From the IMG/VR virus record IMGVR_UViG_3300049218_000295, positions 1-64,000 of that record: a stretch of 64,000 nt of DNA; one strand, given 5' to 3'. This stretch comes from a virus. Numbering within the stretch: position 1 is the first letter of the stretch; the number at the start of each line of letters is the position of its first letter. Shown here in pieces: positions 1 through 9,725 of this stretch. The position numbers were made by a program, and so were the translations under genes. The notes beneath the pieces were generated by a model that worked only from the letters and a program-made list of their open reading frames with translations, did no database searches and was not told where the DNA came from.

Positions 1-11
1 CTCATCTTCAT

Positions 12-686
12 TCATACAATTCGTTCCTTAAAATGCGACTTTTGCACCGATTCCAGAATGGTCCTCAAAGTCCAGTCATTTTTATCCAGCTTCTCGTCTA
101 AGTGTTTTGCAGTTAGGACGACCTTGTTGAGAGAAGTAGTTATTGGAATAAGTTCAGGCAGGAGCCGATTTAATGCGGCCTCACGCATCTCCTCGTTTTT
201 CAAATCCTGGTAAGTTTTGTACTTCGAAACAAGCCACATTTTGGCCGTCTTGACCTTAGACTCAAGTTCTACTTGAATATCAATCATGCTAGTGTAAATA
301 AAGGAAACGCGAGACCTGTAGGTCACTATTTGCATCAATGCCTGTTGCATCGTGCCCACATCCTGTTGGGTGCCAAAGCGGAACTTAGTAAAGTCTTCTT
401 GAATAACATAGCCGCGCAACTCTTCAAGAATTTTGTCGTCCACTTTGAAACGGTTATGCCTAAGCTCTTCGCGCAGTTGCAAAATAGTTTTATCTTTAGA
501 GATTTCGTGGAACTGGTCCTTTAGGATTACTGTGAATTCAATACAAGCAGGAGTATCGACCTCGACTTCGCGAAGTTTCCGACAGTTGTTGCCTTGGAGA
601 CCAGAGTTGAACCACTGACAAGAACCGCAGGTCAATTTTTTGGTCGCCGCGTCTGCATGCGTTTGCGGCATATTGACTGGTGGCAT
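12..686 (-). CDS. hypothetical protein, N-terminal Cys cluster plus helical/coiled-coil body
   Basis: 224 aa ORF coupled to the upstream gene by a TAATG overlap; CxxC...C...C near the N-terminus. Confidence 0.6.
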   Translation of the reverse strand: MPPVNMPQTHADAATKKLTCGSCQWFNSGLQGNNCRKLREVEVDTPACIEFTVILKDQFHEISKDKTILQLREELRHNRFKVDDKILEELRGYVIQEDFTKFRFGTQQDVGTMQQALMQIVTYRSRVSFIYTSMIDIQVELESKVKTAKMWLVSKYKTYQDLKNEEMREAALNRLLPELIPITTSLNKVVLTAKHLDEKLDKNDWTLRTILESVQKSHFKERIV

Positions 687-1117
687 TATTCTGTGACCTG
701 TTCCTCGGCTTCGCCCTCTGCCTCTTCTAATTCTTCATCAGAATGAATATTTTCAGTACGCCAGCGACCCACCAGCCAAAAGTCTCTGGTCTTGTGTCTG
801 TCCTTGTGAATAAAGGACAAAAGCCTAATTACCTGATCCTCATAAATGATATCAAGTTCCAAGGAAGATGGATCAACATGAGGCTTCTCACTGTAGCGAA
901 TACCAAAGTTGTTGAATAAAGCGTAACCTGGGAAAGGACCAGGTTTGTATTTGAATAGATAGCCAATCATCCGATTTTGTTGATTATAGAGAAGCTTCAA
1001 CTCGGTTTTGGGGTGGCGATAAATTGATTTTTGAACGGAATTTTCCGGGTTTTCGCCTTTAAGGATAAATACTTCACCCTTGCCGCTGTCCTGCAAAACC
1101 CATCGAGCCATCTTCAT
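686..1117 (-). CDS. hypothetical protein
   Basis: 143 aa ORF, GAGGAG RBS, acidic C-terminus, in operon. Confidence 0.6.
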   Translation of the reverse strand: MKMARWVLQDSGKGEVFILKGENPENSVQKSIYRHPKTELKLLYNQQNRMIGYLFKYKPGPFPGYALFNNFGIRYSEKPHVDPSSLELDIIYEDQVIRLLSFIHKDRHKTRDFWLVGRWRTENIHSDEELEEAEGEAEEQVTE

Positions 1118-1129
1118 GCTTGTCTCCTC

Positions 1130-2278
1130 TCAGGACCCTTGAATTGTCGGGAACAAGTACTTGATAGTAATTGGTCCGCTGTCTAGGTCTTTGGTTCCTT
1201 GGTAGTACACAGAACCAGAATTTGCAAACATTAAAGCCGAAGAGATATCATCAAGCAAGCCAGTATAGTCTGAAAAAGCTTGCGGGTGCAGATGAATTAG
1301 AGCGCGAGGGGCCGCGCTCTCAACCCTAATTTCAAAAAAAGAGTCTGTAGATTCGATTCTGCCATCTCCGATGTCTTTCTGACGCAAAGATAGCATCACT
1401 TTGTCTTTAACTTCCATTTCGAGAAAGCTACCCGAGCGCTCTTTGGCTGGAATAAGGCTAAGTAGCGGCTTCAATTCTCGCGAAAGACCTTTTGGAGAAA
1501 ATTTGGCCGACACCACCCACGGGCCAACATCACCATAAACTGAATCAAAGTCTTCGGTTTGGTCGTTGACCCCGGTCGTGAAGACCTTAATGTCTTTGTT
1601 CGAAAGAACTAGAGAAAAACCTTGCCTTTGCAGGGTCACCATCTCATTGCCAGTGGTGTTTAAACCACCATATAGGGTGTCAAGAATGTACTTTGAAATC
1701 TTAACATCAAAATCCGGTGGGCAATCAATGTTCGTCTCAATCTTACCGAGAGAAAAACTATCGTCGGCCATTGCTTGTAGCTTGCCGTTCTTATCAGCCT
1801 TCAAATGCACCGGCATCAGTTCCGCTTTCTTTTTGTAATAGGACTGCGGTATGCTTAAATACTTTGTGATCGCAACCAGCAATGATAGAGGCAATTCAAA
1901 GCCTTCCATACTTTGGGGTGGAATGTGGTCGAAGATCGGAGCGGCAGCCGCTACCTTAAGCGAGCTTGCAAATTTACCATCCCTTACTTCCAAAGCCGAC
2001 CGGTCCCCAGTCCATCCAAGAGTGACAGTTTTCCCGGAAAACGCCAGTCCCATTAAGACGCCGGGGGTGAAAGTATAGGGAACCGACTGCTGGTCCCAGT
2101 CATCAACTTTCTGGGGTTGGGCAGTGATATAGGCACTATCTGTGCTCATAATCATTTGGAATTTGGGGTCGAAGGCAAAGGTCACGACGGGATGTCTACG
2201 AACGCTTTGGGTCGAGAAAGCGGAGAAAGTCTTCAATATAGATTTGAGTTCTTGAGTTTCTAAAGTGAGACGTGGCAT
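1130..2278 (-). CDS. putative DNA polymerase sliding clamp (DnaN/beta-clamp-like)
   Basis: 382 aa (beta-clamp size), repeating alpha/beta pattern, C-terminal YLFP resembling the DnaN YxxMP end; dnaX and dnaQ-like genes in the window. Confidence 0.5.
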   Translation of the reverse strand: MPRLTLETQELKSILKTFSAFSTQSVRRHPVVTFAFDPKFQMIMSTDSAYITAQPQKVDDWDQQSVPYTFTPGVLMGLAFSGKTVTLGWTGDRSALEVRDGKFASSLKVAAAAPIFDHIPPQSMEGFELPLSLLVAITKYLSIPQSYYKKKAELMPVHLKADKNGKLQAMADDSFSLGKIETNIDCPPDFDVKISKYILDTLYGGLNTTGNEMVTLQRQGFSLVLSNKDIKVFTTGVNDQTEDFDSVYGDVGPWVVSAKFSPKGLSRELKPLLSLIPAKERSGSFLEMEVKDKVMLSLRQKDIGDGRIESTDSFFEIRVESAAPRALIHLHPQAFSDYTGLLDDISSALMFANSGSVYYQGTKDLDSGPITIKYLFPTIQGS

Positions 2279-2310
2279 GACCTTTTTTACTCTCCGTTAT
2301 CTTTTAGCAC

Positions 2311-2339
2311 TTGACACTGTGTAGCACATATGATATAAT
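2311..2339 (+). promoter_or_regulatory. sigma-70 consensus promoter (early)
   Basis: TTGACA-17 bp-TATAAT with extended -10 TG, upstream of the ATG at 2362. Confidence 0.9.
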
Positions 2340-2361
2340 AAAACAAGGAATAAAACATCAC

Positions 2362-2946
2362 ATGATTTCAAGAAATACTCTCATAGGGTTTCACGGCCAG
2401 CAAGGTTCGGGCAAGTCCAAACTCACTACTTTCACAGCCTCACTTTTAGAGCAACAAGGGTATTCTGTAGGGCTTTATGGCATCAAAAGCACCTTTAGTT
2501 GTTACGCCGAGAAGATTGCCTCGGACCTAGGGATGGAGTGGAAGGCAGGAGGAAAGGACCTTCTGGCTTTTAAAGAGTTACAGAAAGCAATTTCGTGCTC
2601 CATTGAACTGCATTATAAGAAAAGCGCCTGGTCAGATTTATTCCGTGATCAAGTGCTGCAACAGCCTGAGACCCAGACCCTCATCGCCGACGACATGAGG
2701 ACACCAATGAATTTTGATGCCTTGGTCCAGATTTCAGAGCACCGGCCCGTGGTCCTTTTCCGATTGCTAGCCTCAGAAGAGATTCGTCGGAAGCGATGCT
2801 CGGCTTTCCGGGAAAATGCTGGCTACACTGAAGAACTACTTGAAAAGCCATCGAGCTTACCCACAAACTTCAACTGGTGGGATATTAACACTGAACTTCC
2901 GATTGAAGAAAGCTACGCGGCGATTAAGGCAGCTTTAGGAGTATGA
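2362..2946 (+). CDS. deoxynucleoside monophosphate kinase-like P-loop kinase
   Basis: GQQGSGKS Walker A and DDMR motif (cf. DxR of phage dNMP kinases); start moved to ATG 2362 because the called TTG is the -35 box. Confidence 0.65.
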   Translation: MISRNTLIGFHGQQGSGKSKLTTFTASLLEQQGYSVGLYGIKSTFSCYAEKIASDLGMEWKAGGKDLLAFKELQKAISCSIELHYKKSAWSDLFRDQVLQQPETQTLIADDMRTPMNFDALVQISEHRPVVLFRLLASEEIRRKRCSAFRENAGYTEELLEKPSSLPTNFNWWDINTELPIEESYAAIKAALGV

Positions 2947-3374
2947 AAGAGCTGGTTATACTTGTAGGACCCCCCGGTTCCGGAAAAACAACCTATTCTA
3001 AGGCATTTCTACCTAATCACCTGCATCTTAGCACCGATTATGGAGCCATCAAGCAAAAATTCAAAGATGGTCTAGCAACGGGAAAAGACATTGTTATCGA
3101 TAGAATGAACCCAACCAAAAAGCAACGTGCAGAGTATATTAAGCCTGCAATAGAGGCGGGCTACCATGTCCGCGCCGTGATGTTCAATACACCTAAACTA
3201 GAATGTCGGCGTCGCCTAGTTCTCAGGAAGGACCACCCAACTCTCGATAACAGAAGTATCCCACGCTTGCACATGGTATTAGCGTATTTCTACAAAGAGT
3301 TTGAAGAGGTTGATGAAATTCCTGTCACCTTCGTCGAACCAGAAAATCTTTCCACGGACCCAGACGCTCCATAG
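2943..3374 (+). CDS. AAA_33 / polynucleotide-kinase-like P-loop kinase
   Basis: GPPGSGKTT, IVIDRMNPTKKQR, CRRRLVLR lid. Confidence 0.7.
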   Translation: MKELVILVGPPGSGKTTYSKAFLPNHLHLSTDYGAIKQKFKDGLATGKDIVIDRMNPTKKQRAEYIKPAIEAGYHVRAVMFNTPKLECRRRLVLRKDHPTLDNRSIPRLHMVLAYFYKEFEEVDEIPVTFVEPENLSTDPDAP

Positions 3375-4545
3375 TAGAATTAAAATCCGTCGGCGGGTTC
3401 TGTTTGAGTTCCCAGTAAGGGTCGGCATGACCCTCACGTTCTTGCAGGTAGTACCTAAGTATCTCGGTGAGACACTCAGGGTTCTCGCGTAATTCTCCAA
3501 CCGCTCTTTCATGCGAATAAATTGTCTTGGACATCCCACGAGTTAACGACTTCAACCCATGATAAAGGTAAACCCACCCTTCCAGCATTTGCCTGTTGAT
3601 AATAGAGTTAGAAAGGTCCCTCAAGCCACGAGTGTCGGAGTTAGCCTCAAACGCGGTGAGCAGTGTTTTCTCCGCAATGGTGAAGGCCCCTTCTGCATTT
3701 TCGAAATCGATTGGGTTCACTTTATGAGGCATAGCTGAAGAACCAGCCTGTCCCGAGCTGGATTCGTATAGGAGCAATTTTCTTTGGCAGTGGTCCCATA
3801 GAGCACGTGCCAGTGCTCGCATCTTGACCGCAGTGGCCACCCCGGAAAGGAGTGTGGCTTCATTGCTCGGTCCAAGTTGCAACAGGCCATGTGTATCCGT
3901 TGGAGTTACAATCTGGACTCGTTCTAGCTGAGCGAGACGATAGGCGACCTTCTTTGACCAAGCCGTCGCCATGTCTTTGAAATCCGAAAGGCCGGAAATC
4001 AGCCTCAGCGCCGTCAGTTGACCATTAGAGCCCCCAAGTCGGTACTCGGGCAAGACTAGACCAATACGCCTGCATTTGGCACGTAGATAGGGGCCGATAA
4101 ACACTGGAGTCGCTGGCTGGCCATGGGTGTGAGCCAAAATGGCAACTGGAAGCTGCTTTTCATATTCGCGAATAGCTAGCTCCACTTCGCGGAGTAAATC
4201 ATTGATCATTAAGATGCAGAGGTGCACTTGCGTCCAACGAGCGTTGTGCATGATGTCCTCGGACGTCAGGCCGTAATGAAAAGAAACCTCCGGATAGTCT
4301 TCTTCTAGCACCTGGATCAGCGCAACCATTTGGTGCTTGGTGACCTGCTCTTTAACCGAAACTCGCTTAGCCAGAAGTTGGCGGTCCGGGTACATGGGCA
4401 AATGTAAGTCATTATTCAACACTTCTGCATAAGTCAAAGACCAGAGGGACATGAAGTATACAAAGTTTTCTTCCCCGACAATTGGAGAAAGCGCCGACAG
4501 CGAAGCTGCGTACCGACCATCGAGAACGGAAAAACTCACTGTCAC
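3325..4545 (-). CDS. purB: adenylosuccinate lyase
   Basis: LDGRY, HYGLTSEDI, THGQPATP and fumarate-lyase signature GSSAMPHKVNPIDFENAEG; true start may be GTG 4539. Confidence 0.92.
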   Translation of the reverse strand: MTVSFSVLDGRYAASLSALSPIVGEENFVYFMSLWSLTYAEVLNNDLHLPMYPDRQLLAKRVSVKEQVTKHQMVALIQVLEEDYPEVSFHYGLTSEDIMHNARWTQVHLCILMINDLLREVELAIREYEKQLPVAILAHTHGQPATPVFIGPYLRAKCRRIGLVLPEYRLGGSNGQLTALRLISGLSDFKDMATAWSKKVAYRLAQLERVQIVTPTDTHGLLQLGPSNEATLLSGVATAVKMRALARALWDHCQRKLLLYESSSGQAGSSAMPHKVNPIDFENAEGAFTIAEKTLLTAFEANSDTRGLRDLSNSIINRQMLEGWVYLYHGLKSLTRGMSKTIYSHERAVGELRENPECLTEILRYYLQEREGHADPYWELKQNPPTDFNSTMERLGPWKDFLVRRR

Positions 4546-4612
4546 TTTTACCTGATATACCCTGCTACCCTAGGCCATAAGAAAATCTTATATTACGACG
4601 CATAAAGTTAGT

Positions 4613-4685
4613 GGGGGCCACTGGGGAGCTAGGGTTTATGCTTTGCGCTGACCTTGGCAGAAGGTTCGATTCCTTCGGCCCCGCA
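4613..4685 (+). ncRNA. tRNA-like element, non-canonical, no assignable anticodon
   Basis: Perfect T arm GAAGG-TTCGATT-CCTTC (4660-4676) and acceptor-like stem GGGGCC/GGCCCC; D and anticodon arms irregular; no encoded CCA. Confidence 0.5.
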
Positions 4686-5225
4686 TTACAGCTTCAGCAA
4701 TGACTGAACAGGGTGCTGCAACTTTTTGCGGCCTTCTAAGGCTTCAAGTTCAATGAAGAAACGGTGCCCCAAGACCTTTGCTCCGGCCCTCTCGCAGATT
4801 AGTTCTACGGCATGCGCCGTGCCACCGGTAGCCAAAACATCGTCGATAATGATTACCCGGTCCCCCTTGGCCAAAGAGGTGGCGTGGACTTCCAGACAGT
4901 CATCCCCGTATTCGAGGTTATAGGCTTGCTTCAAGACTTCCCGAGGCAGTTTTCCGGGCTTCCGGGCAACCACCAGACCCACATGTCGGATTGCGGCTAT
5001 CGCGGCTCCCAAAATGAACCCTCTGGACTCGATGGCCACCAGCTTGTTGAAGTCGACTTGCATTGATTTGTTGATTTGGTGAATCAGGGACTGGTATGCA
5101 ATCGGGGTCTCGAGAATTGGTGTGATATCCCGGAAAGTGATTCCAGGCTTCGGGAAATCGGGGACGCTAATCAAAAGAGACTCTAAGTAGGCCGGTTGCC
5201 AGTAATTTTGTTCGGGAAACGTCAT
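4686..5225 (-). CDS. apt: adenine phosphoribosyltransferase
   Basis: PDFPKPGITFRDITP, ESRGF, RKPGKLP, YNLEYG, IIDDVLATGGT. Confidence 0.95.
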   Translation of the reverse strand: MTFPEQNYWQPAYLESLLISVPDFPKPGITFRDITPILETPIAYQSLIHQINKSMQVDFNKLVAIESRGFILGAAIAAIRHVGLVVARKPGKLPREVLKQAYNLEYGDDCLEVHATSLAKGDRVIIIDDVLATGGTAHAVELICERAGAKVLGHRFFIELEALEGRKKLQHPVQSLLKL

Positions 5226-5250
5226 GAGGGTCCTCCGTTACTTTTTAAAG

Positions 5251-5754
5251 GTGCCAAACTTTACATATCGATGGACGCAGTTCCGCATCACGCATATAAC
5301 CGGAGATACCCAAATCGGTATTACAGGCTACCTGGCTGATGCGTCAAATGTTGGCCTAACTCTAACGAGTGGTGACCTGGATACTTTGGAGTTCATTACT
5401 CAAGCTTCGACACTTCCATCGGGTAACTACGTCCCCTATTTGCAACGCTTGGCCGCCGCAGCCTTTAATTCGTACTATTCTTACACCTTTACTGGGCAAA
5501 CGGCTACAGGTTCACCCACTGTAACCGCCATTTCAAGTACTCAGGACCTTGTTCCAGGGCTTAATGTTGTCGGCAGCACTGGTATAGTGGCTGGGACCAC
5601 AGTTCTAAGTATTCCCACCTCGACCTCAATCTTGTTATCGCAAAGTGCTCAGTATAATGGACAGGTAAACCTCACCCTGAACACATCAGGATGGTCTTAT
5701 GACTTCAGTGCACTGGAATACTTTGGATCTGTAATTAACTTCAACGAACTATGA
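5251..5754 (+). CDS. putative virion structural protein
   Basis: Thr/Ser/Gly-rich beta-type sequence with GLNVVGSTGIVAGTTVLSI motif typical of phage tail/appendage proteins; GTG 5251 preferred as start. Confidence 0.55.
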   Translation: MPNFTYRWTQFRITHITGDTQIGITGYLADASNVGLTLTSGDLDTLEFITQASTLPSGNYVPYLQRLAAAAFNSYYSYTFTGQTATGSPTVTAISSTQDLVPGLNVVGSTGIVAGTTVLSIPTSTSILLSQSAQYNGQVNLTLNTSGWSYDFSALEYFGSVINFNEL

Positions 5755-7071
5755 TAGTTCGGGCATCTTAGGGAAACCTTTGTTCTCCCTCTTGCCTTCT
5801 TCCTTTTTCTCGCGGACCGGCGGTGGTCCCGAGTAGTCTTGGAAGGTCATGACTTTGAAGTCTTTCTGCAGCAGAAACGAAAAGACTTCGGCGTTACGCG
5901 CTTTGAGCTGCATGATTTCAATGATGCCGGATTCCTTTGCGACCTCATCATTTTCCCAGGCCCACACAAAGTGTGCATTGGCTGTGATGGCCTTAGAGTA
6001 CTTGAGCTTGTTCTCTTGATCATCATACTGGCAAAGCAGAACCATGGCGGCGTTGAGATTGTTCGCCGCCAGCTTCGCAGCACGGGCATGGTCACCAAGC
6101 GACTCCCACATTGCCTTGCCTGGATAAGGCCTTAGCAAGCCAAGGTAATCGATATAGATGATATCATAGCCCATTGGCTTGAGTTCGGTCGCAATCTCTG
6201 GAATGTTCTTTTCGCTGGTTGGAACCCAAAAAGTCAAACGATTACCACTTGAAGTGGAACGAATAAACTTGTCAAATTCCTTGAGAATGTGCTCTTTCTG
6301 GACCTTCGTAAGCTTCTTCATATTGATGTTCCCGTGGTCCACTTTGGAAACACAGGACAACATGCGATATTTAACTTCGACTTCATCCATCTCGTAGGAA
6401 ACAATACAAACGTTGTAGCCCATCATGTATTGATTGATGGCCATTTGTTCCGCCATGGCGGATTTACCTCCGCCGGGAGTGGAGGCGATTGCAATGACGT
6501 TTTTGCGGCGGAATCCACCAGTTCTCTTGTCGAATTCGACAAAGCTAGAGGGGATAAAGTCCATCGGTTCTTGGTCGAGGTCAATCCGCGTTTCTTCTAC
6601 CAATTCGGCTGCGCGGTCCGCCGTGATGTGGTACATTTCATCTTTAGCAAGACCGGAATGGCAACGAAAGAGGGAACTTTCCATGGAGTGGACCACGGAG
6701 TCCAAATCGGGATCGTCAGCCTTCAGCGCTTCTAGACCCTCAGTAACTGTCCGAAGCAAAATCCGGCCCTTACGATATTTGTCTAGGATGGTAAAGGCAT
6801 GGTCAAAATTGTCTGTCCCAAGTACAACCGCATCCGGGGCCGAGATGAAAGCCCGACTTCTATCAGAAAGGGCGGCATCGTTGCGTAGGACATCGCTAGA
6901 TGGGACGTTTTTGCCCGAAGTGATTAAAGTAATGATTCGGTTATAAATTTCAATGCCTTCGTCACTACCAAAGAACTCCGCGTTGATTTTCGCCAGAAGC
7001 TTGGACCGGTCCGGCGAATCGCAAACCGTGCGGAGAACTTGCATCTCTGTGGGAGAGTTGCCCTTATACAT
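5749..7071 (-). CDS. dnaB: replicative DNA helicase (DnaB family)
   Basis: STPGGGKS Walker A, VSYEM, IYIDYLGLL, LLCQ, LKARN. Confidence 0.9.
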   Translation of the reverse strand: MYKGNSPTEMQVLRTVCDSPDRSKLLAKINAEFFGSDEGIEIYNRIITLITSGKNVPSSDVLRNDAALSDRSRAFISAPDAVVLGTDNFDHAFTILDKYRKGRILLRTVTEGLEALKADDPDLDSVVHSMESSLFRCHSGLAKDEMYHITADRAAELVEETRIDLDQEPMDFIPSSFVEFDKRTGGFRRKNVIAIASTPGGGKSAMAEQMAINQYMMGYNVCIVSYEMDEVEVKYRMLSCVSKVDHGNINMKKLTKVQKEHILKEFDKFIRSTSSGNRLTFWVPTSEKNIPEIATELKPMGYDIIYIDYLGLLRPYPGKAMWESLGDHARAAKLAANNLNAAMVLLCQYDDQENKLKYSKAITANAHFVWAWENDEVAKESGIIEIMQLKARNAEVFSFLLQKDFKVMTFQDYSGPPPVREKKEEGKRENKGFPKMPELS

Positions 7072-7585
7072 TCTTCACCTGCAACTGCCTGATTAGGCCG
7101 GGGTTGCTCTTGGCGAGCGCAAGAATTTCTCTTTCTTCGTGCGTTAATACTTCTTCTGGCTTGTACTGCTTCCTCTTGTTCATGCTGTAATAACGACAGA
7201 AAGGAGTCGAAAAGAAGTAGCGATAAGCCTCAGTATCATCAAAGTGCATATCAATTCGGTGTTTACGGCAATAATCACCCTTCGTGCGGTCCCACAGGTA
7301 TTCGTCCATGAAGGGATGGTCTTTCACCCATTGGACCTTGGTACCCTTCTTCTCATGGTACTCAGTAATTGAGAAGAAATGGGTGTAATGAAAACCATAA
7401 GAGTCTAATTCGGCTTTGAACTTTTTGGTTCTCTTGTTTCCGGTAATGAGATGGACCTCGTGTCCGGCGTAAACCAGAGCACGACTCAACTTAGCGAAAA
7501 ATTGAGGATATTCGTTGATGACCCCATGCAAGTCAAAACCAACTTTAATCCGGTCCTTTGATGGTAACAGCTTCACTTTTTTCAT
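7064..7585 (-). CDS. HAD-superfamily protein (5'(3')-nucleotidase-like)
   Basis: VGFDLHGVI (DxD changed to DxH), HLITG, K...MHFDD motifs. Confidence 0.65.
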   Translation of the reverse strand: MKKVKLLPSKDRIKVGFDLHGVINEYPQFFAKLSRALVYAGHEVHLITGNKRTKKFKAELDSYGFHYTHFFSITEYHEKKGTKVQWVKDHPFMDEYLWDRTKGDYCRKHRIDMHFDDTEAYRYFFSTPFCRYYSMNKRKQYKPEEVLTHEEREILALAKSNPGLIRQLQVKNV

Positions 7586-7586
7586 A

Positions 7587-8192
7587 TTACACCACCCGCG
7601 ATGCTGTTTTTACTAACTGGAAAGCCGCATCGGGGCTCATGTGGAGCTTGTGATGCCAGAACTCTAGAACATTTGGGGTCGCAGCCAGAAGAATTTTGGT
7701 AGCGGTGTCTCCATGCTTCAAAAAGTCTCTGGCTTGCTCAAAGCGACGGTTTTCAGAAGACTCGGCAATACCGTGAACTACCACAATATCGTTGCAGCTT
7801 GAGTCTTCCCGAAGGTAGTCCCAAGCAGGGGAGCCCAGATCAATCCATTTAATCCGTGGAAGTTGTTTTTGCGCCTCAATTGCAAGATAGTAATTACGAC
7901 AGAGAAGCACCGCGAGATCGTAACAAGGCTCATCAGTAGGAAATGAACCAATTGCCATAGTTCCACCTGAACCAAGACCCGCAATGTTCTCAAACATTTG
8001 AGTGTAATAAGACAACTGGCTTTCTCCATGGAGAATTGTTACATGGTCGCCAATTTTGCAAGCCGTTTGAGTGAAACCAAAAGTTGGTGTCTTTTTCTTT
8101 TTTAATGAGCGTATGGGAACGCCGGAGAGGGCGAGAATCCTATCCGTCAAGCTCAGCCTATAATAATCCGAATCTGCTTTGGGGTGTGCCAC
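7587..8192 (-). CDS. hypothetical protein, possibly a degenerate helicase-loader (DnaC-like) fold
   Basis: 201 aa ORF between UvsW and DnaB; LALSGVP motif; no intact Walker A. Confidence 0.4.
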   Translation of the reverse strand: MAHPKADSDYYRLSLTDRILALSGVPIRSLKKKKTPTFGFTQTACKIGDHVTILHGESQLSYYTQMFENIAGLGSGGTMAIGSFPTDEPCYDLAVLLCRNYYLAIEAQKQLPRIKWIDLGSPAWDYLREDSSCNDIVVVHGIAESSENRRFEQARDFLKHGDTATKILLAATPNVLEFWHHKLHMSPDAAFQLVKTASRVV

Positions 8193-8198
8193 GTTACC

Positions 8199-9707
8199 TC
8201 AGGTTTTAATCCCGGTGAAAGCTCCGGTGTGGAAACCAGGGGATTGAATTATCTGAGGCTGGATTTCCTCAATTTCAAAACCCTGTGCCCGATAGACCTT
8301 TTTACGTGCACCCAGATAAGCTTCGACCAGGTGATGCGAATCTGCAAAATCGACAATGTGCCCTAATTCCTTGCTTGCAAAAGGAGTGCGGACACGAGAA
8401 AATTCTTGATAATAGTTGGGTCCGTTGGCTGTGGGCAATAAATTGAAGAAAGCATTCCAGCGCGGGATGTCTAAGCCCAAAACCATGGTGCGATAAGCAA
8501 CACAGACCTGCGTCTCCCCAGAACGACAACGTTGCAGAGCAGCTTCGCGGTTCTTCTGGGACTTTTCTTTTCCACTACCGAAGGCAACGCGATGAAAAGG
8601 TTCGGCGCTAATTCCTGCGGCCCGTAGCCTCCGGACGAACATATCAATCTGCTCAACACGGTCGCCAACCGCGATGATGCTGTGTCCCGCTCTTGCCCAG
8701 GCTAGCATTGTTTGGTAAATTAACTCATTCCGTTCTGGGTTCTTGGACAAATAGTCCAACATCAGGTTGCGAAAAACCTTTGGGTTTTTCACTACGTATG
8801 GCAGGCGAGTGCCAGTGTGAATAATGCTAACCTTGCATGGAATCTGCTCAGCCTCACCTTCGGCTACCACTGGACCCAGTACATATGAGCTTACAACGTG
8901 CATCCCATCCTTGCGCTCGGTGGTTCCAGAAACACCACCGCGCCAACGCGAATTGAAAGTTCCGCAAATCTTTGAATACCACTTTGCTGTAGATTTGTGA
9001 GATTCATCGACCCAGACCACTCCAAAGCGATTTTTGTATTGTTCCAGCATCTCAATCGGGTCGACTTTTCTTGCGACTTTGATTTTAGATGGGTCGGTAG
9101 ATTCGCCGTCAACAAACTTCTGATAGGGCATGAAAGCGACATCAAATTTATCAAGGTCGTCCCAGTCATCAACAATGCCGATGACTTGTTTGTTGAGAGC
9201 ATACTCAACGTCAATAGCGTTTGTGAATTTATAGAAAGTCTTCAGTGCTTGCCTACTCAAGTCGACCTGATGAGAAAGAAAAAGGGTTTTCATACCCAAT
9301 TTGCAGGTCAGATAGGTCATAACGACGGTTTTGCCGAAACGAGGCGGGGCGTTTATTTGCCCATAACCATCATAACTGAGGTAGAGGTCAGCAACTTTCT
9401 GCTGACCTGGCTTCAACTGCCCATTAAACTGAATACCATAACCCAATGGGGTAGAGATACTTGCTGACTGCATCGGGACTGAGACTCTTCGGTCCTCGAG
9501 GCCTAGATGCCCAAAATGAGCCCGGACTAGCTCCATGTTGCCCCTAGAAAATTCGTAGCAGTTCGTCTGGGGGTTGTAGTTGAAGAAGTCAATATTCTCA
9601 GGCTCACCATCGGAATTCTTAACGGTTGCCCGGAAGGCGGCCAACGCATTCAGCGGCACAAGATGGGCGGGAACAATCAAGCGTGCTTCGAGTATGGGGC
9701 GATCCAT
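8199..9707 (-). CDS. SF2 DNA helicase (UvsW/SSL2-like)
   Basis: APPRFGKT, VDESH, SGT, GLDIP, QEFSRVRT. Confidence 0.88.
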   Translation of the reverse strand: MDRPILEARLIVPAHLVPLNALAAFRATVKNSDGEPENIDFFNYNPQTNCYEFSRGNMELVRAHFGHLGLEDRRVSVPMQSASISTPLGYGIQFNGQLKPGQQKVADLYLSYDGYGQINAPPRFGKTVVMTYLTCKLGMKTLFLSHQVDLSRQALKTFYKFTNAIDVEYALNKQVIGIVDDWDDLDKFDVAFMPYQKFVDGESTDPSKIKVARKVDPIEMLEQYKNRFGVVWVDESHKSTAKWYSKICGTFNSRWRGGVSGTTERKDGMHVVSSYVLGPVVAEGEAEQIPCKVSIIHTGTRLPYVVKNPKVFRNLMLDYLSKNPERNELIYQTMLAWARAGHSIIAVGDRVEQIDMFVRRLRAAGISAEPFHRVAFGSGKEKSQKNREAALQRCRSGETQVCVAYRTMVLGLDIPRWNAFFNLLPTANGPNYYQEFSRVRTPFASKELGHIVDFADSHHLVEAYLGARKKVYRAQGFEIEEIQPQIIQSPGFHTGAFTGIKT

Positions 9708-9725
9708 ATACTCTTTTACCAGGTA

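Noticed and set aside
4613-4685. tRNA-His, tRNA-Lys, tRNA-Sec or tmRNA assignment
   Set aside because: No 5-bp stem with a 7-nt loop defining an anticodon, no long variable arm, and no G3:U70 pair or tag reading frame.
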